Assembly: GCA_963668675.2 (NCBI GenBank)
Contig: CAXXMB010000001.1
Location: 896,001-960,000, forward strand
Source of the DNA: an uncultured Desulfatitalea sp.
GTDB lineage: Bacteria; Desulfobacterota; Desulfobacteria; Desulfobacterales; Desulfosarcinaceae
Length of the DNA: 64,000 bases
Direction of reading: 5' to 3'
The position numbers and the translations under genes were made by a program. The notes below the pieces were generated by a model, which saw only the letters and a program-made list of their open reading frames with translations, searched no databases and had not been told where the DNA came from. Positions 10,140 through 20,412 of this stretch are shown here, piece after piece. Within the stretch, counting starts at the first letter, position 1, and each line of letters begins with the position of its first letter.

Positions 10140-10820
10140 CTAATCCTGTTGAACCTGCGGAAGCCCGACGCTGACGACGTTGCCCATGGGAATCTCACGA
10201 TTACCGCACTGCAGATAGGCGACCCCATCCTTGTAGTTGACACCGGTGACCGTTCCGGATGCGAACGTCGTGGCAGTGACGGAATTCCCGGATTCATCGA
10301 CGGCCGCCACCTCATACGAGTAAGTGCCGTCGGGCACCTGTCCGCCCAGATAGTCCACGCCGTCCCAGACCACCTCATGCTCACCGGCCGCCAACTGGCC
10401 GACGTCAATCTGGCGGATGAAGTTGCCAATCTGGTCATAGACTTGAACGTAGAGCTCTGCAGCGGGTTTGCTCAACGTAAACTCAATTCCCTGGCTCATC
10501 CCGGACTCCACATCGACCGAATCCCCCAGTGCGGTGATCGTCTTGCCGATAAATCCCACGGCCTGACTGCTTGTCAGTACCGATTGGGAAGTACCGATAT
10601 CGCTGAGGGTCATATTGATGTTCTGCAACTGCTCCAGAGAGCTGAACTGGGCCAACTGAGCGGTAAACCCTGTGCTGTCCATGGGATTGAGCGGATCCTG
10701 GGCCTCCAGCTGAGCCACCAGCAGCTGCAGGAAATCGTCTTTGCCCATGACATCGTTGTTCGAAGCTGCAGTGACCTGACCACCGCTTGAAGCAACATTT
10801 TCTAAACCGTAGATTGCCAT
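10140..10820 (-). CDS. flgD: Hook capping protein FlgD
   Basis: MGKDDFLQLLVAQLEAQDPLNPMD motif. Confidence 0.97.
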   Translation of the reverse strand: MAIYGLENVASSGGQVTAASNNDVMGKDDFLQLLVAQLEAQDPLNPMDSTGFTAQLAQFSSLEQLQNINMTLSDIGTSQSVLTSSQAVGFIGKTITALGDSVDVESGMSQGIEFTLSKPAAELYVQVYDQIGNFIRQIDVGQLAAGEHEVVWDGVDYLGGQVPDGTYSYEVAAVDESGNSVTATTFASGTVTGVNYKDGVAYLQCGNREIPMGNVVSVGLPQVQQD

Positions 10821-10845
10821 TTAATCCTCCTCCAGGATCGGCTGC

Positions 10846-12426
10846 TTATGCGAAAAAATCGACCTCACTGGTTTTGCTCTGCGTAGCCTCGGGAGCCGAG
10901 CGCTTCTGAATGCCCTCCCCGTCCCTTCCCGACGCCTCTCCACCTGGCCGCCGATTGCCCTGGCGCTGGCCGCTGCGATGTTGGGCCTGCTCGAAGGCCG
11001 TCTGTTGCTGACCGCCGGCCCACTGATCGTTGTTCTGGGAGACGGTGACATCCACTTTTTGAACCTGAAGGCCTTGTTGCTGCAACTCGGTTTTGAGCAG
11101 GCCGATGTTCTGCTCGATCATCTCCTTGACCGATTGGCTCTCAGCCGTCATACGCACCATGACAAGCCGGTTTTCGGTGATGACATCCATTCTCAGATTG
11201 CCCAGGAATTCAGGCTTGAGCCGAATCTGCATCTGCGACTGGCGTCCATCCGACCGCAGTGACATGCGCTGCACGATCTGACGCACGATGTCGGTCTCCA
11301 TCTCCTTTGAGCCTGAGGGCAGTTCCCCGCTCTCCTCCTTGGTGTGAACCGTCATCTTTCCATCCGACACCTCCGGTGATGGTACGCTGAACGGTTGCTG
11401 ACCATCTATGGTGGTGGTCGCACCGGCGGCGCCACTGGATAAACCCTGGCCTGCATTGTTGGTAAGCGGCGCTGCTTTTTCTCCCGAATCCCCGGGCCTG
11501 ATGCGCTGCTTCAATTCGACATCTCCCAGTATCGGCTCATCCGCCACCTTTTGCTGCGACTGTGGAACCGCCTCTTTGCTTCCGGCCTGGGGCGCCATGT
11601 CGGCAAAACCTTTTTTCTGGCCTTCCGTACCGGCATTGGCAGCCTTACGAGCCGCTGCCTCGAAAGTTGCGCCGTCATCAGCGGTGATCGCCTCGTTTTC
11701 GACTTGATCTGCCAATGCGCCATTCACAACCGGCGACTTACCTGAAACATTGTTGGCAACCGGTTTGGCCTGTGCCTGTGCCAAGGCCGATTCATCTGTC
11801 CCCGGTCTGCCGTGCCCCTGCTCAGCCTGCACCATCTGCTTGAAGAGGCCACTGTTCTGCAAAGGCAGTTCGATTTCTCCGGATTCCGCCTCCTTGCCCT
11901 CGCCCATCTGTTCCGTCATCCGGTCAACCATCCACTTCATGGCGCGCTGCCGTAGGGCGCTATCTCTACCAGCGCCTTCAAAAGTGAGATCTCCCGATAC
12001 AAACGGTTCATCAGCATCCGACTCGCCTTGACCGAGGAGGCCCGAAATCATTTTGGAAACGGCTGCCTCATCCAGATCCAGCTCAGCATCCATATCTGGA
12101 TTGATGGCATCGCCTTCCTCTTCGACCTTAACTCCCTCCAAACTAAACATGGCTGCTTTGTCGTCGACCAGTTTGGCCAGGTCAATCACCGGCACCCACT
12201 CCGTCGAGGCCTCTCCCATCTCCAGGGTCTCCATATTGGCCAGTGACGCCTCCAACTGCTCCGCCGGCATACGGAAAAAAGCGGCCATGATATCCGCAAA
12301 ACCAGAATTGCCGTCAGCACAGCTGAACTGTCCATCCGTCGGCATTTTGACGGCGACCCTCTGCATACTCGATGGTCCCGCAAATCCCTGTGTGTTGACT
12401 TCGAATAGTTGCATTGTAAACTGCAT
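10846..12426 (-). CDS. fliK: Hook-length control protein FliK
   Basis: Low-complexity N-terminus; C-terminal IRLKPEFLGNL...LQQQGL domain; upstream of flgD. Confidence 0.9.
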   Translation of the reverse strand: MQFTMQLFEVNTQGFAGPSSMQRVAVKMPTDGQFSCADGNSGFADIMAAFFRMPAEQLEASLANMETLEMGEASTEWVPVIDLAKLVDDKAAMFSLEGVKVEEEGDAINPDMDAELDLDEAAVSKMISGLLGQGESDADEPFVSGDLTFEGAGRDSALRQRAMKWMVDRMTEQMGEGKEAESGEIELPLQNSGLFKQMVQAEQGHGRPGTDESALAQAQAKPVANNVSGKSPVVNGALADQVENEAITADDGATFEAAARKAANAGTEGQKKGFADMAPQAGSKEAVPQSQQKVADEPILGDVELKQRIRPGDSGEKAAPLTNNAGQGLSSGAAGATTTIDGQQPFSVPSPEVSDGKMTVHTKEESGELPSGSKEMETDIVRQIVQRMSLRSDGRQSQMQIRLKPEFLGNLRMDVITENRLVMVRMTAESQSVKEMIEQNIGLLKTELQQQGLQVQKVDVTVSQNNDQWAGGQQQTAFEQAQHRSGQRQGNRRPGGEASGRDGEGIQKRSAPEATQSKTSEVDFFA

Positions 12427-12437
12427 CTTCTTTTCCT

Positions 12438-12878
12438 TTATCTGCGCTTTAGCATGAAGCGATTGATGGCAATCTCGTCGATGAATTTCCCTTCATCGCG
12501 GTTTTGGTCTTCCTGATAGTTCTGCTCCCCCTTCTCTTTGAGCCGATCGAGTGCTTTTCTGTTTTTCATTGCCTCGAGTAGTTCCTGGCGCTTCTTTTCG
12601 CAGGCTTTTTCAGCGACCATCAGTTTCTGTTGCAGCACGTCGATCTCTTCGCAGAGGCGTTGCAGAAAGCTGCGATACATGGCGGCCAGGGAGGCGGCGT
12701 TACCATCCTGCTTTTCGGCAAACGCCTGTTCGGTCCTCTGTCGCAAAGCGACCTGGTCGGCCACTCTCTGAGCCGCTTCATCTCGTTTGCGCTGGGCCTC
12801 GGAGAACTCCTTCTGCATGCGTTCCTCTTCAAATTCCCTGAATCTGCGCAAGGCTTCCAATTTGAAGGTGTATGGCAT
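12438..12878 (-). CDS. fliJ: Export protein FliJ
   Basis: YTFKLEALRRFR N-terminus; coiled coil; follows fliI. Confidence 0.9.
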   Translation of the reverse strand: MPYTFKLEALRRFREFEEERMQKEFSEAQRKRDEAAQRVADQVALRQRTEQAFAEKQDGNAASLAAMYRSFLQRLCEEIDVLQQKLMVAEKACEKKRQELLEAMKNRKALDRLKEKGEQNYQEDQNRDEGKFIDEIAINRFMLKRR

Positions 12879-12887
12879 GACCCCCCG

Positions 12888-14846
12888 CTATTGTGTAATG
12901 ATGACCTTTTCAAGTTGCTGCAGACTCTCTTCAAAGCCCACCTTTTCTCCGATATCCTGCCTCAAAAATCCGTTAATCTGACCGATCTTGGCGATGGCCC
13001 GGTCGATCGTCGGATTGCTGCCGCTCACATAGGCGCCGATGTTGATCAGATCCTCCGATTTTCGATAGGTCGCGAGAAGCTCTTTGAGGCTTTTGGCGTG
13101 GTGCTTGTGCTGCAGCGATGCGATGTCTTCCATCACGCGGCTGATGCTTTTCAGCACATCGATGGCCGGGTAGTGGTTTTGATGGGCCAGTTCACGGCTC
13201 AATACGATATGACCGTCCAGGATCGAACGCGCCGCGTCTGCGATGGGCTCGTTCATATCGTCTCCCTCGACCAGCACGGTATAGAGCCCGGTAATACTGC
13301 CGTCGTGGTCGGAAGTGCCGGCGCGCTCGAGCAGTTTGGGCAGCATCGTAAACACCGATGGCGTATATCCCTTGGTGGTCGGCGGTTCGCCAAGCGCCAA
13401 CCCTATCTCCCGTTGTGCCATCGCAAAACGGGTCAGTGAATCCATCATCAGGTTGACCGACATGCCCTGGTCTCGAAAATACTCTGCGATGGCAGTTGCC
13501 ACGAACGCGCCGCGGACACGCACCAGAGGCAGATGGTCGGAGGTGGCCACCACGACCACCGATTTGCGAAGCCCCTCCTGGCCGAGCTCCTTTTCGAGAA
13601 AGTCGTTGAGCTCACGGCCGCGCTCACCGATGAGCGCAATCACATTGACATCGGCACTGCTTTCACGGGCAATCATGCCCATGAGGACACTTTTACCGAC
13701 GCCCGATCCCGCAAAGATGCCCATGCGTTGTCCGCAGCCCACCGTAAGCAAGCCATTGATGACGCGGACGCCAAGATCCAGAGGGGTTTTAATGCGTTGC
13801 CGTAACAACGGATTGATCGGGCTTGCGTAGATGGGATAATCGACTTCGCTGGGTACCGGTCCTTGACCGTCTATCGGAGTGCCAAGGCCGTCGATCACCC
13901 TGCCCAGCAGCTTGGGCCCTACCGCGATGGATGCCTTTTCCCCTCTGGCCACGACCTTGCTGCCAGGCCCAATGCTGCGAATCTCCTCAAGCGGCATCAT
14001 CAAGACGGTACGGTCCCTGAATCCCAACACCTCCGCCGTCACTGGAGGTTCGTTAGGGCTTGCCAAAATATCGCACATCGCACCCAGCTTGACAGCAGGG
14101 CCATTGGCTTCGACAATCAGCCCCACCACCTGTGTCACATGCCCATACGTTTTCACCGGTACAGTGTTTTGAACCTTTTGACGGTAATGCGTCAGTGAAG
14201 CGTGTTCCGAATCGGATCGGCGCAGCGCCGCCTTGGTTTCCGAAACCGCCTGAAGCAGATGCTCTGCGATGGTCGCCAGTTGCTGTTCGATGCGCGCGTC
14301 GATGACACCGAAATCGGTTTCCAGAACACACCCCCCCCTGCTGATGGCCGGGTCTGGCGTGACCTGGATATTGCTCAGCGCTTCTGGATCGGTCAGATGC
14401 TCCTTCAAAATACGTTGGATTATCACGCAGTCGCCATCATTGGCTTTGATCTTTAGCTTCTCCTGGTCCAATCCCATCGCCACTGTCCGGTGCAGCATTG
14501 CGTCGGCCAACTCGGGACGCTGCTCTATTTCACGCGAAATCATTCGACCGGCAAGGGCCAACGCAATTTTTACGGTGCTCTCTTCACACTGATCGCGCAT
14601 TAGGATCGATTGATCCTGAAGTGACACTGCTGCCGATACCAACATCTCTTTCAACGGGGCGAGTTTTCCCTTTTCGCCCTCGAGATTCTGGCTGCAGCCC
14701 TGCTTGTATCCATCCTCGAAGGCCTGCGCCTCAATGACCGAAATTTTGTGAGACAGCTCATCTTCACCGTCAGGCGTCGGATGTTGCCCGCACGCTCCAT
14801 CCAGGTCTGCAGGAACATTGATTTCCGGAAAACAGTACAGATCCAT
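12888..14846 (-). CDS. fliI: Fused FliH-FliI export ATPase
   Basis: N-terminal ~200 aa FliH (YCFP, AFEDGYKQG, ISRGGCVLETDFGVIDARIE) in frame with FliI (GSGVGKS Walker A, MMDSLTRFAMAQREI). ATG at 14846 follows a GAGGAGG RBS; alternative start 14864. Confidence 0.9.
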   Translation of the reverse strand: MDLYCFPEINVPADLDGACGQHPTPDGEDELSHKISVIEAQAFEDGYKQGCSQNLEGEKGKLAPLKEMLVSAAVSLQDQSILMRDQCEESTVKIALALAGRMISREIEQRPELADAMLHRTVAMGLDQEKLKIKANDGDCVIIQRILKEHLTDPEALSNIQVTPDPAISRGGCVLETDFGVIDARIEQQLATIAEHLLQAVSETKAALRRSDSEHASLTHYRQKVQNTVPVKTYGHVTQVVGLIVEANGPAVKLGAMCDILASPNEPPVTAEVLGFRDRTVLMMPLEEIRSIGPGSKVVARGEKASIAVGPKLLGRVIDGLGTPIDGQGPVPSEVDYPIYASPINPLLRQRIKTPLDLGVRVINGLLTVGCGQRMGIFAGSGVGKSVLMGMIARESSADVNVIALIGERGRELNDFLEKELGQEGLRKSVVVVATSDHLPLVRVRGAFVATAIAEYFRDQGMSVNLMMDSLTRFAMAQREIGLALGEPPTTKGYTPSVFTMLPKLLERAGTSDHDGSITGLYTVLVEGDDMNEPIADAARSILDGHIVLSRELAHQNHYPAIDVLKSISRVMEDIASLQHKHHAKSLKELLATYRKSEDLINIGAYVSGSNPTIDRAIAKIGQINGFLRQDIGEKVGFEESLQQLEKVIITQ

Positions 14847-14863
14847 TTTGTCCCTCCTCGGCA

Positions 14864-15838
14864 TTATCCGACGAACTCTTCCCCACCACGGCCGGTGATG
14901 ATCAGTTCACCCTTGCGTTCCATATCCTGGACGATGCGGGTGATCTTCTGCTGAGCATCGGTTACATCCTTCATTCTCACGGAGCCGGTCACCTCCATCT
15001 CCTCTTTGAGAATCTCTGCAGCGCGCTGGGACATGTTGCGGAAAATTTTCTCTTTTACCTCTTCCGATGCGGCTTTCAATGCCACGGCCAACTCCTGGGA
15101 CTCCACGTTGCGGAGCACCTTTTGCAGACCTTTGTCATCCACCAGAACGACATCTTCGAACACAAACATCATCTGTTTGATCTCTTCGGCAAGATCGGGA
15201 TCGTTCTCCTCAATCTCATCGATGATCTGTTCAACGGTGCTTCCGTCGATCTGATTGAGTATTTCAGCCAATCGGCCAACCCCTCCGGCCTCCTCTGTGG
15301 AGACGTGATCCTTGTTTTTGAGAATCTCCTCGAAAACCTTGTCCACTTCCTTGACCATGCCAGCCAGCACGTTGTTGAGATTGGCAATGCGGTAGGCCAC
15401 ATCTGTAATTGTCTCTTCGGGCAGGCGGCCCAATATGTCGCTTGCCACTGTTGAATCGAGATGGACCAAGATCAGTGCGATGGTCTGGGGATGTTCATCC
15501 TTGATCAACTGAATCAACTGGTTGGGATCGATATTTTGAACCGCCTCAAGCGTCGCCTTTTTGGGGCCTTTTTTACTCTCTTTTTCGGCTTTATCTTCAA
15601 CCGCAACATCGCCGCCGGGATTGACGAGCTGCAATGGCATTCCGGTTTTTTCGATGAATTCCTGGGCGACATTGTTGATCAGGGATTGCGGCACTCTACC
15701 GAGCCTCGATTGCAGACGCGATATCAGCGCCCGTTCATCGTCTGAAAACTGGCCGACGATGGCCTGCGCCGCCTCATGGCCAATCGCCATGGTCAAGATC
15801 GCTACTTTGACAGAGCCTTTGAGTTGATTGGGATCCAT
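14864..15838 (-). CDS. fliG: Motor switch protein FliG
   Basis: EHPQTIALIL; MFVFEDV; NMSQRAA. Confidence 0.97.
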   Translation of the reverse strand: MDPNQLKGSVKVAILTMAIGHEAAQAIVGQFSDDERALISRLQSRLGRVPQSLINNVAQEFIEKTGMPLQLVNPGGDVAVEDKAEKESKKGPKKATLEAVQNIDPNQLIQLIKDEHPQTIALILVHLDSTVASDILGRLPEETITDVAYRIANLNNVLAGMVKEVDKVFEEILKNKDHVSTEEAGGVGRLAEILNQIDGSTVEQIIDEIEENDPDLAEEIKQMMFVFEDVVLVDDKGLQKVLRNVESQELAVALKAASEEVKEKIFRNMSQRAAEILKEEMEVTGSVRMKDVTDAQQKITRIVQDMERKGELIITGRGGEEFVG

Positions 15839-15929
15839 GGTTCGATCTATTTCCGAATCTGCTGTCCCTGAATGGAACGATTAAAAAGTGTTAGGTGTTC
15901 AATTTAACAATGAAGGTATGCCGTCACGT

Positions 15930-17531
15930 TTATGTTTCCTTTAACCACTGCTGCATTAATTTACCGGTATCACCCTGATTTGATTTGATCATGCTGGCCG
16001 CTTGCTGAACATAGTCCACTCCTGATTTATCCGCATACTGCCCCTCTATTTCCGAGAGCGTTCGCGGAAGATGCTCGAGTAGATCCACATCCTCCCAAGC
16101 CGTTTCGGTCAGCCATGAAATCAGGGGGCGAATCACATAGAGAAAGGTGAAGAGGACGAAGATGCCGACGATCAAATATTTGATAATGCCACCGAAATCC
16201 CTGAGGGTGTCGAGCCAGCCACCGGTGGGGTCTGTCGTTTGATCGACCAACGGATCGTTGTTGAAGGGGATATTGGCCACCTCGATCTTGTCGCCCCTTT
16301 GCCCGTCAAAATTGACCGCACTCTTTACGATGTTTTCGAAGGTCGCCATCTCCTCAACGCTGCGAGGCACGTACTGGCTCTCTTCACGCTGTTTGTCGCC
16401 TTTGCCCACCGTCACCGTCTTGTAGGTGCCGTCCACAACCACCGCCACTGAAAGGCGCTGCAGGTCTCCCACCGGCATCACCTTTCGGCTGGTGGTTTTC
16501 CCAATTTCATAGTTGCGGGTGGCATCGTTTTTTTCGAAGCCGCTGCTCTTTAGCGGTGTTGTGGTGGCTGTCTCGGGTCGGGTGATGTTGCTGGCCAATC
16601 CAGGTACGCCAACCGCTCCGGCATCGCCTTTTGAGGAGGCTTCGTTGGAGAGCTGTTCGCTGCGAACCACCTGATTTTCTGGAAGATACATCTCTTCTGT
16701 TTTTTCATGCTGGACGAAGTCGAGATCGCAGGCAACGCGCACAATGGCCTTATCCTTGCCCAGGACCTTTTCGAGCATGGTCATCACACGCTTTTCCAGC
16801 AGACGCTCCTTGCGCTGTTGAAACTCCAGATGATCGGCGCTCAATTTGGTCATGGAGGGTTCATCGTCGAGACCGGCCAGCATCTTGCCGTCCTGGTCCA
16901 CGATGGTGACCTGGCCGGGTTGCAGCCGGGGTACGCTTGATGAGACGAGGTGCACAATGCCCTGGATCTGGTCTTCGCTGAGCCAACGACCGTGTCTCAA
17001 CTTCAGGATAACCGATGCGCTGGCCTGGTCCTCCTGCTCGATAAAGAGAGAGCGGTCCGGCATAACGATGTGAACGCGCGAACTGTCAACTTCGGACAGG
17101 CCGTTGATGGTTCTGCTCAGCTCCCCCTGCAGGGCGCGTTGATAGTTGATGTTCTGGACAAACTCGGTCATGCCCAGCTTGGCATTGTCGAACACTTCGA
17201 AGCCGGTGCCGCCTCGGGGAAGTCCCTGCGAGGCAAGATCGAGGCGCAGCTCGTATATCCGCTCCCGCGGTACCTGAATCGTACCGCCATCGTGCGAGAG
17301 GCGATACTCGATCTTCTTTTCCCTTAAAAGCGATACCACCTGGCTGGCATCCTCAGGTGACAGATGGCTGTAAAGGGGGATATAATCGGGTTTTCCGGAC
17401 CAACTGATCATGACCACCAATCCGGCAACCGTCACTGAGACCAGCAGAAAGAGGGCCATCATCTTGCCGGCGGACATGGTCTGCACGATGGCTCTTAACT
17501 GTTTGAGGATTTCAACTATGGAATTGGGCAT
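15930..17531 (-). CDS. fliF: MS-ring protein FliF
   Basis: GFEVFD...YQRALQGELSRTI; ASASVIL; two TM helices. Confidence 0.97.
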   Translation of the reverse strand: MPNSIVEILKQLRAIVQTMSAGKMMALFLLVSVTVAGLVVMISWSGKPDYIPLYSHLSPEDASQVVSLLREKKIEYRLSHDGGTIQVPRERIYELRLDLASQGLPRGGTGFEVFDNAKLGMTEFVQNINYQRALQGELSRTINGLSEVDSSRVHIVMPDRSLFIEQEDQASASVILKLRHGRWLSEDQIQGIVHLVSSSVPRLQPGQVTIVDQDGKMLAGLDDEPSMTKLSADHLEFQQRKERLLEKRVMTMLEKVLGKDKAIVRVACDLDFVQHEKTEEMYLPENQVVRSEQLSNEASSKGDAGAVGVPGLASNITRPETATTTPLKSSGFEKNDATRNYEIGKTTSRKVMPVGDLQRLSVAVVVDGTYKTVTVGKGDKQREESQYVPRSVEEMATFENIVKSAVNFDGQRGDKIEVANIPFNNDPLVDQTTDPTGGWLDTLRDFGGIIKYLIVGIFVLFTFLYVIRPLISWLTETAWEDVDLLEHLPRTLSEIEGQYADKSGVDYVQQAASMIKSNQGDTGKLMQQWLKET

Positions 17532-17600
17532 CGTATCGTCTCGTCTGTCGTTGCTGTGAAACGTTTAGGGGCGATATGCTCAGATCATGAAAAGCATCGA

Positions 17601-17909
17601 TCAGAATTGCATGCGCTTGATTTCATCATAGGCGGCGATGATCTTGTTGCGCACCTCCATGGTCAACTCCATGGCGATGCTCGCCTTCTGCATCGCAATC
17701 ATCGTGCTGTGAATGTCTTTGCTCTCACCGCTCAACAACTTTTGAGTCGCCTCATCGGACGTTTTCTGCAACTCGTTCACCTCGCCGATGGATTGCTCGA
17801 GCCACTTTCCGAAGCTCGCCTGTGTCCCCTCTTTATCCTGCGCTGCCGGTGCAATACGTTGAGTTCCCGGCAACATACCTGCGGATTGTATTGGATTGAT
17901 GACGGACAT
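17601..17909 (-). CDS. fliE: Hook-basal body protein FliE
   Basis: EVRNKIIAAYDEIKRMQF C-terminus. Confidence 0.95.
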   Translation of the reverse strand: MSVINPIQSAGMLPGTQRIAPAAQDKEGTQASFGKWLEQSIGEVNELQKTSDEATQKLLSGESKDIHSTMIAMQKASIAMELTMEVRNKIIAAYDEIKRMQF

Positions 17910-17916
17910 TTTCTAA

Positions 17917-18354
17917 TTACCTTCCTATATCCAAGGCGTCGGAAGCCATCTCTTTAGTGGCTCTGATCGCTGTTACATTGGCTTCGTAGCTTCTCGTAGC
18001 GGAGATCATGTTGACCATCTCCTCGACGACATTGATGTTGGGCAGGGCGACAAAGCCTTCGCCGTCGGCATCCGGATGGGTGGGATCGAATTTCAGGATA
18101 GGCGGCCGTTCGTCATCCCGAATCTCGGTGACTTCCACGCCCACATTGGCTTCGTCGAGACGCTTCTCTAACTGTTGTCTGAAATCGGGTTGGGATGCTT
18201 TCGCTTCAAAAACCGCATCTTTACGCCGGTAGGGGCCACCATTCTCGGTTCGGGTCGTATTGACATTGGCCAGGTTGCTGGAAATAAGGTTCATACGCAA
18301 ACGCTGGGCACTAAGGCCGCTGGCACTGGTATGCAGGGCGTCAAGAAAACTCAT
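17917..18354 (-). CDS. flgC: Rod protein FlgC
   Basis: NLANVNTTR...PYRRK; HPDAD; EMVNMISATRSYEAN. Confidence 0.97.
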   Translation of the reverse strand: MSFLDALHTSASGLSAQRLRMNLISSNLANVNTTRTENGGPYRRKDAVFEAKASQPDFRQQLEKRLDEANVGVEVTEIRDDERPPILKFDPTHPDADGEGFVALPNINVVEEMVNMISATRSYEANVTAIRATKEMASDALDIGR

Positions 18355-18356
18355 CG

Positions 18357-18779
18357 CTACTGTCTACCTCCCTTGATGATGTTATGCAGTGCTGTGAATT
18401 TTTTAGATAATATTTGAGTCGACAGTCTATATTGCAGTTGATTGGACGACAGTGAGGACATCTCCCTGTCCATGTCCACCGTGTTTCCGTCACCTCTCAG
18501 GGTCACCTGACCGTTCAGTTGCACCTGTTGTGGCTGAATGTCGTAGGATCGGGTGCCTCCGGTTGGCAAATGGCCACCTTCGGTGCGTTGCATCTGGAGC
18601 TGCTCCCCTTTTGGCGCTTGTCGCGAAAGCGCCTCCTCGACCATCAGGTCAAAGGCTTTGTATCCTGGGGTGTCCGCGTTGGCGATGTTGGAAAGAAGGA
18701 CTTCGTGGCGCTGGGATCTCAAATCAAGCGCCCTCTGGGCGAGATCAACGGTTTTATCGAAAATTGCATCAAATTTCAT
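18357..18779 (-). CDS. flgB: Rod protein FlgB
   Basis: NIANADTPGYKA; DGNTVDMDREM. Confidence 0.97.
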   Translation of the reverse strand: MKFDAIFDKTVDLAQRALDLRSQRHEVLLSNIANADTPGYKAFDLMVEEALSRQAPKGEQLQMQRTEGGHLPTGGTRSYDIQPQQVQLNGQVTLRGDGNTVDMDREMSSLSSNQLQYRLSTQILSKKFTALHNIIKGGRQ

Positions 18780-18812
18780 TTGGGGATCGCCTCCTATCGT
18801 TACGCTGATCTG

Positions 18813-18828
18813 AGCAATTTACGTACCA
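18813..18828 (-). promoter_or_regulatory. sigma54 promoter for the flgB operon
   Basis: Minus strand TGGTACGTAAATTGCT. Confidence 0.8.
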
Positions 18829-18959
18829 ATAGAGTGCCGTAACGTTGTTGCATCTTTATGTTTCTGTAATTTAAATATAATTTAATCGTTCGGCTTCTCA
18901 GTTCCGCTCTCGCCGGCGTCATTGAACCGACAGATGCGGCAAAGCCTGCCTAGTTGGCT

Positions 18960-20006
18960 TCAACCTCTTCCGCCCACATCACAACTCACATCATCCTCGC
19001 GGTACTCCTTAAGCTTGTTACGGAGGGTACGAATGCTGATGCCGAGCATCTCAGCCGCATGGGTCCTGTTCTGATCAACATGATTCAACGTTTGCAAGAT
19101 GAGGCGCTCTTCAAGCTCTTTAACCGTCATTCCAACCAGTCGGGCAGTCGACGCGTCCGGTCCTGCGGTCAGATCCTCCTCGAGCAACAGCAATTCAGGC
19201 CCCATGAGATCACCGTTGCGAAGCAGCATGGCGCGCTCGATGGTATTTTCAAGTTCACGCACATTGCCCGGCCAGCCCCATTGCGTCAGGGTCTCCATTG
19301 CATCGCCGTCAAAGCGAATCTCTCCGCTTTCATTGGAGGATCTATATTTGATCAGAAAATGTTCGATAAATCGGGGGATATCCTTGGAACGCTCGCGCAG
19401 GGGCGGGATGGTCAGAGGTATGATTCTGAGACGATAATAGAGGTCTTTGCGAAAAAGGCCCTCTTTCACCATTTGGCTCAAATCACGGTTGGTCGTGGCG
19501 ATGATGCGCACATCCACCGGAACGGTTCCGCTGCCGCCGATGCGATCCACCTCTTTCTCCTGCAATACACGCAGCAATTTGGCTTGCAACGCCAGTGGCA
19601 TTTCACTGATCTCATCGAGCAGCAGCGTACCTCCCTGGGCCTGCTCGAACCGACCGCGTTTTCTGGCGATAGCGCCTGTAAATGCCCCCTTTTCGTAGCC
19701 GAACAGTTCGCTTTCGGCCAGATTATCGGGCAACGCGGCACAATTCATGGCGATAAAGGGATGATCCGAGCGACCGCTGCTGCGGTGGATGTACCTGGCC
19801 ATCACCTCTTTGCCGGTGCCACTCTCCCCCTGTATTAAAACCGTTGCACTGGACGGGGCGATTCGTTTGACCATCTCGAGGAGGCGCTGCATATTCTCAG
19901 CGCCCGCCACCATCTCCGTGGCCGTCGGTTTACTCTCTTTTTTTATTTTCTTTTCCAGTATGTTTTCGATGGTTTCATCGACAATAACGATCTTGGCGCC
20001 ACTCAT
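18960..20006 (-). CDS. sigma54-dependent activator (FleR/FlrC-like) without an intact receiver domain
   Basis: [22 protein letters not shown], Fis-type HTH ending ISIRTLRNKL. ATG at 20006 follows GAGGAG and lies downstream of a sigma54 promoter. Confidence 0.88.
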   Translation of the reverse strand: MSGAKIVIVDETIENILEKKIKKESKPTATEMVAGAENMQRLLEMVKRIAPSSATVLIQGESGTGKEVMARYIHRSSGRSDHPFIAMNCAALPDNLAESELFGYEKGAFTGAIARKRGRFEQAQGGTLLLDEISEMPLALQAKLLRVLQEKEVDRIGGSGTVPVDVRIIATTNRDLSQMVKEGLFRKDLYYRLRIIPLTIPPLRERSKDIPRFIEHFLIKYRSSNESGEIRFDGDAMETLTQWGWPGNVRELENTIERAMLLRNGDLMGPELLLLEEDLTAGPDASTARLVGMTVKELEERLILQTLNHVDQNRTHAAEMLGISIRTLRNKLKEYREDDVSCDVGGRG

Positions 20007-20081
20007 TGCCCGTCTCCTCAAGTAATACGTACTGCTCTGTCTCACCCGGAACGTTTTGCCACCGGGATCTATCTGGAAAAT

Positions 20082-20097
20082 GGCAATAAACATGCCA
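20082..20097 (-). promoter_or_regulatory. sigma54 promoter
   Basis: Minus strand TGGCATGTTTATTGCC. Confidence 0.8.
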
Positions 20098-20170
20098 GGG
20101 TCTTTTTCAAAAATATGGGGACCACGCCCGGCACCCATCGCCTGGAAAATTTGAATTTATTTAGTAGTTC

Positions 20171-20304
20171 TGATGAGTTTGTAAATAGATCCGACAGTGC
20201 GTTTTTCGTCATGACTGCGCAGGCCTGGATCCAGTCTTTTCAGTGCTTTCCGGATGCCGGAGCACGTCCGGCATGACGTGCAAACGTCCTTTGCGAGATC
20301 GTCA
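20171..20304. repeat. ~135-bp palindromic MITE/REP-like element, copy A
   Basis: Shares GGATGCCGGA(G/T)CACGTCCGGCATGACGTG (28/29 nt) and degenerate terminal inverted repeats with 25652-25786. Confidence 0.75.
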
Positions 20305-20412
20305 CTTCTATGGGTTTTCGAAATTTTTGGAATATGAATTCACACGGCCGAACATCTTGCATCCTATGGCGGGAATGTCACTTTGTTGACGCAGGAGGAG
20401 ATCGCCTGTGAA

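Noticed and set aside
20007..20138. N-terminal extension of the activator to 392 aa
   Set aside because: It runs through the sigma54 promoter at 20082-20097; the ATG at 20006 has a good RBS
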